The translations under genes and the position numbers were made by a program. The notes beneath the pieces are model-generated. The model had not been told where the DNA came from. It ran no database searches and was given only the letters and a program-made list of their open reading frames with translations. A DNA stretch of 64,000 nucleotides from Mobula hypostoma (taxonomy: Eukaryota), in contig NC_086097.1 in the NCBI RefSeq assembly GCF_963921235.1, positions 81,656,001 through 81,720,000 on the forward strand, read 5' to 3'. The stretch's first letter is position 1; every line of letters starts with the position of its first letter. Shown here piece by piece: positions 1-11,750 of this stretch.

Positions 1-3000
1 GTGGAATTGTTTTTCTCAGAGGACAACAGACTCTGGCTGACAAACGCAATGGGCCTCAAGCTGGTGCCCTGATCCTGATACAGGACACCCCCTAAACCCT
101 CTCGGCTGGCATCAGTGTGCAGTACATATGGCAATCGGGGGTCCGCAAAAGCCAGCACCAGTGCCTGGATCAGCAGCTCCTTCAAAGACTGAAAGGCCTC
201 CTCATATTTTGCATCCCACCTCGGTCCAAAGGGCTCCGACAAGCTAAGGTACACTCCACCCTCCTGTCCTTTTTCTCCCCCTCCCTTTCTTCCCCAAGGG
301 AAGGTAACCGCACAGAAGCTGATTCAAAGGGTGACTCACTTTCACGTAGCCTTTCACAAACCTCCAATAGTAACAGAACCCGAGGAATGAGTGCAGAGTG
401 CTCATAGTCTGGGGTCTTGGCCAAGTGGTAACAGCTTCTATCTTAGCTGGATCTGTAACTACTCCATCTCATGAGACTATGTGCCCAACGTAGCTAACAG
501 ACATTTGGCAGAACTGGCACTTGTCCAGGGTAAGTTTTAACCCTTCAGCTTTCAGGCAGCCCAGCACCTTCAGCAGCCTTGCTTCATGTGCTTCCAAGTA
601 GATCCAAATACTATGAGGTCATCCAGATATACTAACACCTCAAGCAAATTCATATCACCCACCGTCTTCTCCATGACCCGCTGGAAGGTTGCAGGAGCTC
701 CCAAGATGCCCTGGGACATCCTTTCGAACTGAAAAAGTCCCAGAAGACATATAAATGCTGTTTTCTCTTTGTCAGCCTCACTCATGGGGATCTGGTAATA
801 CCCATTCCTCAAGTCCAGCACACTGAACCACTTCACACCACTCAGGCACCAGCGCATCTTCAATCCTCAGGACAGTATACTGGTCAGGAATGGTGCGCCT
901 GTTCAGAGTCCTATAGTCCACATACATCCGTACCTTCACATTCTTCTTTTGCGCCACTACTACTGGGGACGCATAGGGGCTTCGGGACTCGGTGATGATC
1001 CCAGCTTCCTTCAACTTACACAAATGCTGCTGAACGTCCTCCACCTTTGCAAGGGCCAGTCACCGCGATCTTTCTCTGAACTGGATATCCTCAGTCACCC
1101 AGACAGTGTGACGCGTGCTCTTGGAACAACCCACATCAAACTGTTCGGTGGAAAAGACACCTTCCAGCTTCAACATCCTCTCTACCAACCTCCTCTTCCA
1201 ACCTGTAGGAACCGGGGAGTCCCCGAAGTTGAACGACTCAACGGTCAACTCTCCCCGCTTTTCCGATAGTTTCTCCACGGCGTGTTTCACAGGGGCACTA
1301 GACATTACCGTCACCGGGAACAAATGTGCCAGCGGCATCCCCCGCTTAAAGGTGACCTCCCTCTTCGTAGTGTTCCTGACAATCACTGCCATCCTGTGTT
1401 CCTGTACAACCGAGGGCTTCTGCAATTCGGGCCTCACCAGTACCCCAGCAGGAAATCCCAACTCCCCCTCGTGGTCTTCCAGAGTGTCCACTAAGAGGGC
1501 CTTGCCCTCAGGCACTCCGGGAAATTTGGGGATCTCCATCACTCTCGCTACTTCCCTGGGCCGTACTACCATTGGCTTCGACTGGATGAACCACACAGTC
1601 CCTCGTCTAAATTCGGTATCCGGCCCAATGCTGCCACGTGCTTCCTCAAAAGCAGCTCAAATCCCCGGGTGCACGGACAATGTTCCCAGAAAGCTCTCAC
1701 CAGCCTTCTCCTTGCAAGGCCTCCATGAGCCTCCTCACAAGAGGGGTGTTGGTCCCCACCAGAATTGAAATGCCGCCCCTCCTCAACAGGGTCCGGACAA
1801 ACCAGCACCAATGTATCAAAGACCTCAGACACACCCACATTGGTCTCCGAGAACTCCAACTTCACTGACAAATAACTGTCATATGGATAATCACTAGCAC
1901 TAAGCCCCCAGATCTCCAATGCCCTGAATGGTGTTAATGGTAAATGCTTCAAATACCGGTTGTAAAACGAACAGTATAACAACGTGACCTGCGACCCGGC
2001 GTCAAGTATGGCTTTAGTATAAATACCCTCCATTCATAGCGGCACACTGGAGCATGGCCTCACTAAGCCTTCAGGAATAGGGCCTTTTTGCTTTCGGGGG
2101 TTCCTTGGTACATTGCTGGGAACGTGTTCCCCCAGAGACACCAGGCCATTCCCTCACTGGGTCTCCTTTAGATTTTCCCAATGACCCTCCCAGGTTAGGT
2201 ACCCAGGGGCTCACTCTCCTTCTGGTGTGACACCTGCTGCCAGCAGCCCTCCGCATTGTCCGTCCCCTTGGGGAATCTGCCCCCCCCCCCGCCATCAACT
2301 CCATCATATTAGGGCGGGGGGGTCACACCCGCTGATAACAGCCGACATATCTCCGTTCTCAACTCTGCCGCAATCTCCTCTACCGCTCCCCAGGGTAGGC
2401 TATCTGTGGTCAGTTCACCGCAGGGGACTGCTACCGAGGACTGTACCCTGCTGACAGCGTCCTACCATGCCTCCTCTGCATTCTCCTCTTCCCGTACCTC
2501 TCTGATCAGCTCAACAAAAGATGGAGGGGGGCATGTCTTATGAGACTGACGGAGACCCCAAGCAATCAGATCCTGGGACTGGGCGCCCCTGGCTATCTGG
2601 TCCATTCTTAACTGATCCACCTCAGCCGCCTGAATGACCCCTCTGTGCCACAAGCAATTTAGCCGCCTCTCTAGCAGAAAAATAAAAGCAGAAAACTTCC
2701 CCTCTTCTCCTGACACATATTCTGAAACCCCACCATGAGTTCCATTGGGCTTCCAGTCAGACCAAAAGCATTGTCCAGTGCTTGTATGCAATTCACAGCT
2801 GTCGCTACGGGATACTTTAACCTGACAGCTCTCACAACGTCAGCGGCCCGCCCATTCAAACTTTCAACCAATCTCTGTCGCTTTTCATCATCCGAGCACT
2901 GCCACTCATCTAACAACTGACAGGTCCACTCTGTCCAAGTCTCATACTCCTCCTCCCCTTTAGGGGTGGGCGTTATTCCAGAGAATAGGCAGAGCCTGCC

Positions 3001-3365
3001 ATAGCTGGGACTTTGAATCTGATTTTTCTATTTATTCGCCAGAGAGGTAAGGGTGGATACTAACTCAAAATTCTCATTCTTCACCAGGGGACGTGGACTA
3101 ATTAAACGTTCCAAATCAAACCACTCTTTCCCCTAACTCCTCAGAAATGATCAAACTCTGTCTTTGAAATCTCCACCCCCAGCTACCGCTACCTCAGCAC
3201 CGGTCTGCATTAGAACGAGAGCTGCACGAGCCATTTTATCAAACCTCTGCCCAAAATCGCAACTTCAACAGTACTTAACAGGCGAATTAACAATTCATCT
3301 GGAGTACAAATATCTGCCCCACTGGTTCATTGCTCAGGGTAATCACACAGCATCCAATGGAATCA

Positions 3366-3384
3366 ATCCCGAACATAGCCCCCA
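3366..3384 (-). promoter_or_regulatory. Degenerate tRNA-Pro primer-binding site
   Basis: TGGGGGCTATGTTCGGGAT compared with the canonical Pro PBS TGGGGGCTCGTCCGGGAT. Confidence 0.65.
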
Positions 3385-3388
3385 TAAT

Positions 3389-3953
3389 TGTACCTCTGGC
3401 TTCGGCTAGCAGCTTAACATAGGGGATGATAGCCCCCGGCCCGGCCAAACTTAAGAAATCCCGTTTGGGTGGATGCTGCATGATGTGTCCCTGTTACAAA
3501 TCAGTACCCTGAAATAACATACAGTACACAAAATGCGATTAAACGATTAAGCTTTATAATTCTTACTTTGACTATATGGTTAGTAAAGAAAATGAAAAAA
3601 AAAGAAAAAGGGCACAATCTTATTAAACAGTCTATGCACAATGTTGGAGCTCACTGATAAGCCGATCGTCCACCATCAACCTCCTCCGATCGTCGCTGCC
3701 CTTCGGACCCTCACTCCAAGTCCACCCTGTCCGGTGGTCTACCGACTCTCTCCATTCGCGTCCTCTCTCCTCATCTCTCCCCGGCAAAAGACCGCAAAAA
3801 CCTCTCATTCAGACTCACAAGAAAGAACAACAGCATTCCAAACCCCATTATCTCTAGTCATAACCCAAACATTGCTGCTACAAAGAAACCATTACATTAT
3901 CAGTGAAACCTTGCAGCATGTTACACAGCAGTGAAACCCTACAGCATGTGACA
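3389..3953 (-). repeat. Probable 5' LTR of the PNMA-gag Gypsy
   Basis: TG...CA ends on the minus strand (TGTCACA...GGTACA), followed after 4 nt by a PBS-like sequence. The second LTR is outside the window, so the boundaries are inferred. Confidence 0.6.
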
Positions 3954-4409
3954 GAACATTACTTCCACGTTTGCCTGCAGCAACTACACATCTGGTGACT
4001 CATTAATTTATTGCCAATTCCTCAATGTTGCTACAGCAAAATCAGAGATCTATCATCTATCAGTATCATGGGAATATTCTGATCACAGATTGCAATCGTT
4101 CAGAAATACAAGAGACCGTGCAGATGCTGGAATCCAGAACAACACGCAAAATGCTGGCAAAGCAAGCCAGTACCACCCATAATGAGATGGCAGAGCAGAC
4201 TCGATGGGCCAAATGCCCTAATTCTGCTCATATACATCTTATACATGCACCATATTAGGGCATGAAATCCTGACTGCTGCCAACCCAAATCCCGTGAATG
4301 AAAACAACAGATTTAATGATTTCATTAACTCAAAGGCAAAATAACTCAACAGATAATAAACTGATATTATTGATAAAAGCAGATCTAATAGAATCTTCTT
4401 TTCCAATTA

Positions 4410-4620
4410 CGTGCTGAGGAGAAAAACAAAACAGAAAATACCTGAAACAGTCAGGCCACACAGAAGCTATGGAAAGAGAAACAGTTAATGTTGCAGCTCC
4501 AATCAGGGAACTTTGATTAGAAGCATCAACCCTTCTAATTTTCACAGATGCTGTGTGACCTGTCAAATGTTTCCAGTACTTTTCCATTTTTATTACAAAG
4601 TTCCAGCATATGCAATTTCA
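4410..4620. repeat. Old fold-back remnant of PLE 3' tail sequence
   Basis: Antisense tail-like arm followed by sense arm ttttcacagatgctgtgtgacctg...ttccagcatatgca. Confidence 0.45.
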
Positions 4621-5017
4621 TTTTATTTTAATTATTCTCAGAAACTGGAAGAAAGATGTTAACTGGGTAGTCGGTGGATACACTAAAATTATTCATGTCT
4701 GTACAGTACTGTGCTGTTCAAAGATAAAGAAATAAAAAGAACTGAAAAAGAAACTGGATTTGTTCAGCTAGTCCAGTGTGGATATTTTGATAAAGAATAG
4801 AACCTGTAGAGGAAAGGTAACTAAGAGGATTGGGGAAGACAACTTGATCATTCTAAATACTGGCCTCAAAATTGTAATGACCACAATATTACCTCAAGCA
4901 ACATAGACAATAAATTAATAAACTCTCAATCAACTTCCTGATTTTCGATAAATAGAATAGCATAAAGAAGACCATTAGTATCAGGTTTATTATCACTGAA
5001 TACATTATGTTTTGAGC

Positions 5018-6330
5018 AATGATCCCAGTTATGCCTGCCTCTTCTATGAACAGTCCATGTTTGAAGCCTTGCCCAGTAATACTCCCCAACTCGTCCTCCG
5101 CTACATTATCAACTGCATTAGTGCTGCTTCATGCATCTATGCTAAGCTTGTCAATTTCATCAGCTTTGCCTCTAACTTCTACCCTGCCCTTAAATTCACT
5201 TGGTCCATCTCTGACAACTCCCTCCTCTTTCTCAATCTCTCTGTCTCCAGCTCTGGAGACAAACTTTTATAACGAACGTCATTTATAAACCTATTGATTC
5301 CCATGGATAGTCTGACTATAATTCTTCCCACCCTCTCTCCTGTAAAACTGCTATTCCCTTTTCTCAGTTCCTTCGCCGCCACTACATCTGTTCCTAGGAT
5401 GCAGCGTTCCTTTCCAGGACATCTCTTCCATTTCCTGAATATCCACGGTCACCCCATCTTCCTGCCACCTTAACAGTGATAGAATTCGTGTCCTTACCTA
5501 CCACCCATCAGCCTTGCAATCAACACATCATCCTTCACAACTTTTGCCACCTCCAAAGGGATCCCACCACTAAGCACATCCTTACCTCTCTTTGTTTCCC
5601 ACAGGGATCACTCCTTCCTTGTTCATTCATCCCTCCCCACTAATTGCCCACCCAGCACCTACCCTTGCTAGCAGCCTAAGTGCTACACCTCCTCCCTCAT
5701 CTCCATTCAGGCCCCCAAACAGTCCCTCCAGGTGAAGCAAGGCTTCACCTGCAAATCTGCTGGGGTAGTGTATTGTGTCCAGTGCTCCCAATGCAGCCAC
5801 CTCTACATTTGTGAGACATGTTGTAGATTGGGGACCACTTTGTTGAGCACCTCTGCTCCATCCAGCACAAGTGGGACTACCTGGTGGCCAAACATGTTAA
5901 TTCCCATTCCGACATGTCAGGCACCATCAGGCTGGAGGAGCAACACCTTATATACTCTATCTGGGTAGCCTCCAACCTGACAGCATGAATATCGATTTTT
6001 CCTTCTGATAAAATAATTCCTCACCACCCCCCCCCATTCCCCTCTCTGAATTTTTACCTCTTCTCACCTGCCTATCACTTTCCCCCCTCCCCATACCTTC
6101 CTCCTTCTCTTTCTCCTACAGTCCACTCTCCTCTCATATCAGATTCCTTCTTTGGCCTTTCCCACCATGTTCAGTGACTTCCCCCTTCCTTTCCAGTCCT
6201 AAAGAAGGATCTCAGTCTGAAACGTTGACTGTTTATTCATTTCTATAGATGCTGCCTGACACATTGAGTTCCTCCAGCATTTTGTGTGCTGCTTTAGATT
6301 TCCAGCATCTGCAGACTTTCTTGTGTTTCT
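5018..6330 (+). mobile_element. Old 5'-truncated Penelope-like element (RT C-terminus, GIY-YIG, 3' tail with decayed HHR)
   Basis: Fragments FASNFYPALKFTWSISD and FTCKSAGVVYCVQCSQC..LYICET are homologous to the 1042-aa ORF; the tail is shared. Confidence 0.9.
6195..6230 (+). ncRNA. Decayed minimal hammerhead ribozyme (core mutated)
   Basis: agtc CTAAAGA aggatctcagtct GAAA cg TT gact; CUGANGA core changed to CUAAAGA. Confidence 0.7.
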
Positions 6331-6544
6331 GTATTTATATTATGCACAACCTAGCGTCGATTTATGAACATACAATCAATGTCTATAACCTATCTCATGT
6401 GCTTATACTTATTTATTTTGTTTTATTATTATTGTGTTCCTTATCTTGAGTTTTTTGTTTGTGCCGCAGTAGATCTGGAGTAACAATTACTTCATTCTCC
6501 TTACACTTGTGCACAAGAAATGACATTAAGTAATCTTGAATCTG

Positions 6545-6795
6545 AGATGTTGACACCCAGAAGCTGCTCATCCTTTCCACCACTGACCCCTCAAATGAGC
6601 ACTGGTGCACATTCTGTTCACTTCTCTTTCCTGAAGTCCATGGTCAATTCCTTGGTCTTGCTGACGTTGAGTGCAAAGTTGTTGCTGTGACACCACTCAA
6701 CCAGCTGATCCACCTCACTCCTGTACGCCTCCTCCTCACCATCAGAGATTTTGCCTACAGTGATATCATCTGCAAATTTATAAATGGTATTGCAA
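6545..6795 (-). mobile_element. Rex1/Babar-like LINE RT fragment
   Basis: YKFADDITVGKISDGEEEAYRSEVDQLVEWCHSNNFALNVSKTKEL. Confidence 0.85.
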
Positions 6796-7298
6796 AAGAG
6801 TACTTTTCTTTTAACTAACATTATTTCCTCATATCACTGAGGTAATGGTAATTTCATAAATTAAATAGCATTGGAACAAGTAGTTGCTTTGATTCATTAA
6901 GCAGAATATAGTCCCAAACAGAGTTTGAAAAGGAAATCAAATGCTTTATTCTTCTACACCCAGGGGAATATCATCTCCTCCAACACTGTTTAACAGTAGG
7001 AAATGAGCAGCAGCAGTTATTATGAACTCAAGATATCTTAATCAGACCCCATACAAATATGAATAAACAATTGCAAGGATAATTTTGTACTGGGATGGGG
7101 AGTGGGATGAGAGTGATAGAAGGGAATAGGAACTATTGCGGTTCAAGCGAAGAAATGAATTTTAAGTTAATCTTTTATGATGAATGCATTGAGATAAACC
7201 ACGTCACTAAGCAAATATTTCGCAGAAAGGTACCAATGCTCAAATTTTGCCACAGCAGCACTCCCCCTTCAATTGAACTCAACAGTGCCTGTTCTATT

Positions 7299-7352
7299 CA
7301 CACACACACAGTCACTCACACACACACACACACAGTCACACACACACACAGT

Positions 7353-7380
<28 letters not shown>
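7299..7380. repeat. (CA)n microsatellite, interrupted
   Basis: Visible directly in the sequence. Confidence 0.95.
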
Positions 7381-7383
<3 letters not shown>

Positions 7384-9561
7384 GTTAAAGCAATCCGAAG
7401 GACTAGATGGAAGAGGTCAAAAGACTGAAGGTCTTCACACACAGCTGAAAGTGACCGATTTGACGAGCCTTTTAAATTAGTTTAACTTGTTGTATTCTGC
7501 AATAGTTACTCGACACTTTTGCTTCAAAAATAAGTCACAAATCATTTTAGTATGTGTTGTGGTCTTGAAAAAGTTTTAGCCACTCAAGTTCAAACTATTG
7601 CAAATGGCCTATAAAAAACATCAACAATACTTTCCCCAGATCTTTTGAAACCTCACTCCAGATACTGCATAATGCTAGAAAAATCAAATCCATCTTTTTC
7701 CATTTGAGCCTTTCAGTCTGTATGCGTCAACCAGTTCCATAGTGCCAGCTTCTGATACACAAAGTGTTGAATCACACTGTAACAATCTTGTAACTTAACC
7801 TTTATGAATCCTTCTGCCCTTCCTATAAATGGCTACCAGACTGGTATATACAACTCCAACTACAGCCTAAGTAAAGATTTTTACAACTGAAAATTAACAC
7901 AACTCCAATATTTATTGCCTTGGATTATGAAGACAAGCATAGTCTTTCTTCACCACCATTTTTACATGCATCTTTCAGGGAACTATGCAATTCCACCCCG
8001 AGGTCTTGTTCTTTAATACTCCCCAGGGCCCTGCCATTCACTTTGATTTTAGGGTAAGAGGGGAAAATTTAAAAAGGGTACCAAGGGGCAACTTTTTCCA
8101 CAAAGAAGGTGACGGATATATAGAATGAGCTGCTAGAGGATATTGTAAAGGTAGGTACAATTACAACATTTAAATAAAAAGCATTTAGATAGAAAAACAG
8201 ATTTGAATCCTTGAGAGGGATATAGGCCCAACACAGAAAAAATACACCATTTCAAGCAGGCACCTTGGTCGGCGTAGATGAGATAGGTCGAATGACCTGC
8301 TTTTATGCAGTGTTACTCTGACTAACACTATCATTTTAAACACAAGCTGCTGGGAGTGATTCGAAAGAAATGAATGCTTCATTTTCCTGGCAAGACCACA
8401 GACGTGGGCTGTTTTAACTTTTTCAATGTCATGAATTTAAAAATGTCAATTTAACATGATAATGCTATTAGATTCTAAACTATTAAAAAATCTGAAGCCA
8501 AATCTCACCATGCACAAGCAGCTCTTCAATGACTTTGGCCCAAGTCCTCACCCACCAATACCAATCTGGAAACTGTTTACATCCTCCAGCCCTTCAAATT
8601 ACTGATCACGTGCACAGTAACCAAGGCTGAAGTCCCCACCATCAAAAGAAACACTTCCATTTATACCACACAAACATAAACAAGAAATATCACAGGCAAG
8701 ATGCACACAGTGAGGTTCCACAAACAGCAGTGTAAAACGTGTTTCAATGATGTTGCTAAGGGATACCCACTGCTCAAATGGTGGGTCATCTGTCCCCCAC
8801 CAAAAAAATAGATACCTCCAGCTAATGAAGTAGTTTAAACATATTTCAATTAATACAAATAGTTCTTAACTGGTTCCTGATTTTATAAACAATAAAGGAT
8901 TTCCAAACACAGGTATAATGCTTAAAAACTAAAAGAATATACCAGTGAGCGGCAGACAATCTATCCATCACAGAAGCAGCTAAGTTGGGATGAAGAGTGC
9001 CAGATGAGTCACCACCGCACATAGTCCAAATTTCTAATTTAATTACAACTGGCAATTTAAATTTCTGCTACCTGTAACGAGTTTGTTAGGTATCCAATAT
9101 AAATATACCATCCTCTAAACTGCAGAAAGCACCTACAGTGCTGAATAGGTTTCAAACTACTGTAAATATTTGCCTCTCATAAGCTAGTTTCTATTAATAG
9201 GAGGAACTTCTCTGGTACCTGAATAGACTAACACAAGTTGAATTTGCCAGTCCTCGTTCTTGTACTGACAAGCTGAAAAATATTCAAGAGCTCAGAGAAA
9301 CTTAGATAATCTTTATTGGAAAAAGGCTTACAAGATGCTGTCCAAACTTAGATTGACTTTTGGAAGCTAATAGCTGATAAAACTACTTTAGTGAGTAACT
9401 AACTGTTTAAAACAACTGCTAGAAAGTAGAAGGAAAACAAAATTGAGACATGGAAGGCCCAACCTGAAATAACTGTCAAAGCAGGGTTTATCCTGAACCA
9501 GATCCCATCATTGCAAATGAATAAAGCATCCCAGTTGAACAATATTTCTAAATTTTCCTGA

Positions 9562-10806
9562 TTGAGCCCGATTGAATTTTTTGAGGATGTGACTAAATAC
9601 ATTGATGAAGGTAGAGCAGCAGATGTAGTGTATATGGATTTCAGCAAGGCATTTGATAAGGTACCCCATTGCAAGGCTTATTCAGAAAGTAAGGAGGCAT
9701 GGGATCCTAGGGGACATTGCTTTGTGGATCCAGAACTGGCTTGCCCACTGAAGGCAAAGAGTGTTTGTAGACAGGTCATATTCTGCACGGAGGCGGTGAC
9801 CAGTGGTGTACTTCAGGGATCTGTTCTGGGACCCCTACTCTTTGTGATTTTTAGAAATGACCTGGATGAGGAAGTGGAGGGATGGGTTAGTAAATTTGCT
9901 GATGACACAAAGGTTGGGGGTGTTGTGGATAGTATGGAGGGCTGTCAGAAGTTACAGTGGGACATTGATAAGATGCAAAACTGAGCTGAGAAGTGGAAGA
10001 TGGAGTTCAGCCCAGGTAAGTGTGAGGTGGTTCATTTTGGTAGGTCAAATATGATGACAGAATATAGCATTAATGGTGAGACTCTTGGCAGTGTGGAGGA
10101 TCAGAGGGATCCTGGGGTCCGAGTCTATAGGACACTCAAAGCTGCTACACAGGTTGACTTTGTAGTTAAGAGGGCATATGGTGCATTGCCCTTCATCAAT
10201 TGTGGGATTGAGCTTAAGAGCCGAGAGGTAATGTTGGAGCTATATAGGGCCTTGGTCAGACCCCACTTGGAGTACTGTGCTCAATTCTGGTTGCCTCACT
10301 ACAGGAAGGATGTGGAAACCATAGAAGGGGTGCAGAGGAGTTTTACGAGGATGCTAACTGGATTGGGGAGCATGCCTTATGAGAATAGGTTGAGTGAACT
10401 CTGCCTTTTCTCCTTGAAGCAACAGAGGATGACAGGTAACCTGACAGAGGTGTACCAGGTAATGGGAGGCACTGATCGCGTGGATAGTCAGAGGCATTTT
10501 CCCCAGGGCTGAAATGGCTTGCATGAGAGGGCATAGTTTTAAGGTACTTGGAAGTAGGTACAGAGGAGATGTCAGGGGTAAGTTTTTTATGCAGAAAGTG
10601 GTGAGTGCGTGGAATGGGCTGCCGGTGGTGGTGGAGTCAGAAACGATAGAGTCTTTTAAGAGACTCATAGATGGATACGCTGAGCTTAGAAAAATAGAGG
10701 ACTATGGGTAAGCCTAGATAGTTCTAAGGTAGGGACATGTTTGGCACAGCTTTGTGGGCCAAACAAAATCTGTGTTGCGCTGTAGGTTTTCTATGTCTCT
10801 ATTTCT
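9562..10806 (+). mobile_element. CR1 LINE, 5'-truncated and degenerate
   Basis: YMDFSKAFDKVPH, QGSVLGPLLF, FADDTK, RPHLEYC..W.P motifs; ttctatg-type 3' tail. Confidence 0.92.
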
Positions 10807-11299
10807 CATGGATATTGAGGACTTCTTTCACAGCCACTTACGTGATTTGCCTTCTGCAGCCCTGTGGGCCTCGAATGACTGGGAGGTGCAGTTGGCCATC
10901 CTGCAGGGTAGCAACCATCAAGCAACAACTGAGCCTCTAGTTGTAAATCCAAGGCCCCACCCTGATGGCCTGTTGACAGTCTGGCATTGTTGAAGCCTTG
11001 AATTGTTTTTAAATGCCTCAGATAATAAACATTTAAAGTGTCAAATAGATCCGATGAAATAAAAATTATTCAAGCAATACAAATATACATTTACTTAAAC
11101 ACTCTTTAAATCCCAGGGATTATTTCCTTAATCTCAAGGTTTTTAAAGATTAGAAAAAAGCCAACCAGTTTTTAATTAAGTCTGCTCACCAGTCAGCCCA
11201 TGCATTGAACTAATAGAGGCGAGGCACAAAGTAAAACAAACCTCCCAATTTGGGATGCTGAGGCTCCATCCTTGGACTAAATGTTAAACTCAGCAGAAG

Positions 11300-11750
11300 A
11301 ACGCAAACAACAGGAATTCTGCAGATGCTGGAAATTCAAGCAACATACATCAAAGTTGCTGGTGAACGCAGCAGGCCAGGCAGCATCTATAGGAAGAGGC
11401 GCAGTCGACGTTTCAGGCCGAGACCCTTCGTCAGGACTAACTGAAGGAAGAGTGAGTAAGGGATTTGAAAGCTGGAGGGGGAGGGGGAGATGCAAAATGA
11501 TAGGAGAAGACAGGAGGGGGAGGGATGGAGTCGAGAGCTGGACAGGTGATAGGCAAAAGGGGATACGAGAGGATCATGGGACAGGAGGTCCGGGAAGAAA
11601 GACGGGGGGGGGGTGACCCAGAGGATGGGCAAGAGGTATATTCAGAGGGACAGAGGGAGAAAAAGGAGAGTGAGAGAAAGAATGTGTGCATTAAAAAGAG
11701 TAACAGATGGGGTACGAGGGGGAGGTGGGGCCTAGCGGAAGTTAGAGAAG
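11300..11750 (-). repeat. 3' pseudo-LTR of the PLE
   Basis: Direct repeat of 14814-15263. Confidence 0.95.
11403..11438 (-). ncRNA. Minimal type I hammerhead ribozyme
   Basis: AGUC CUGACGA AGG-GUCUCGG-CCU GAAA CG UC^GACU: stem I AGUC/GACU, intact core, stem II AGG/CCU, palindromic ACGU in place of stem III. Confidence 0.9.

Larger units (their letters stand above)
1..3953 (-). mobile_element. Gypsy LTR retrotransposon, degenerate, runs off the left edge: 5' LTR, PNMA-like gag, protease, RT, start of RNase H
   Basis: Frameshifted minus-strand ORF pieces: LDEWQCSDDEKRQRLVESL (PNMA/Gag-like), ILDAGSQVT (protease), [34 protein letters not shown] (RT), TDASREGLG (RNase H, about 90-120). Confidence 0.9.

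Noticed and set aside
8640..8820. Deu-SINE core remnant
   Set aside because: Similarity recalled from memory is too weak to support without an alignment.
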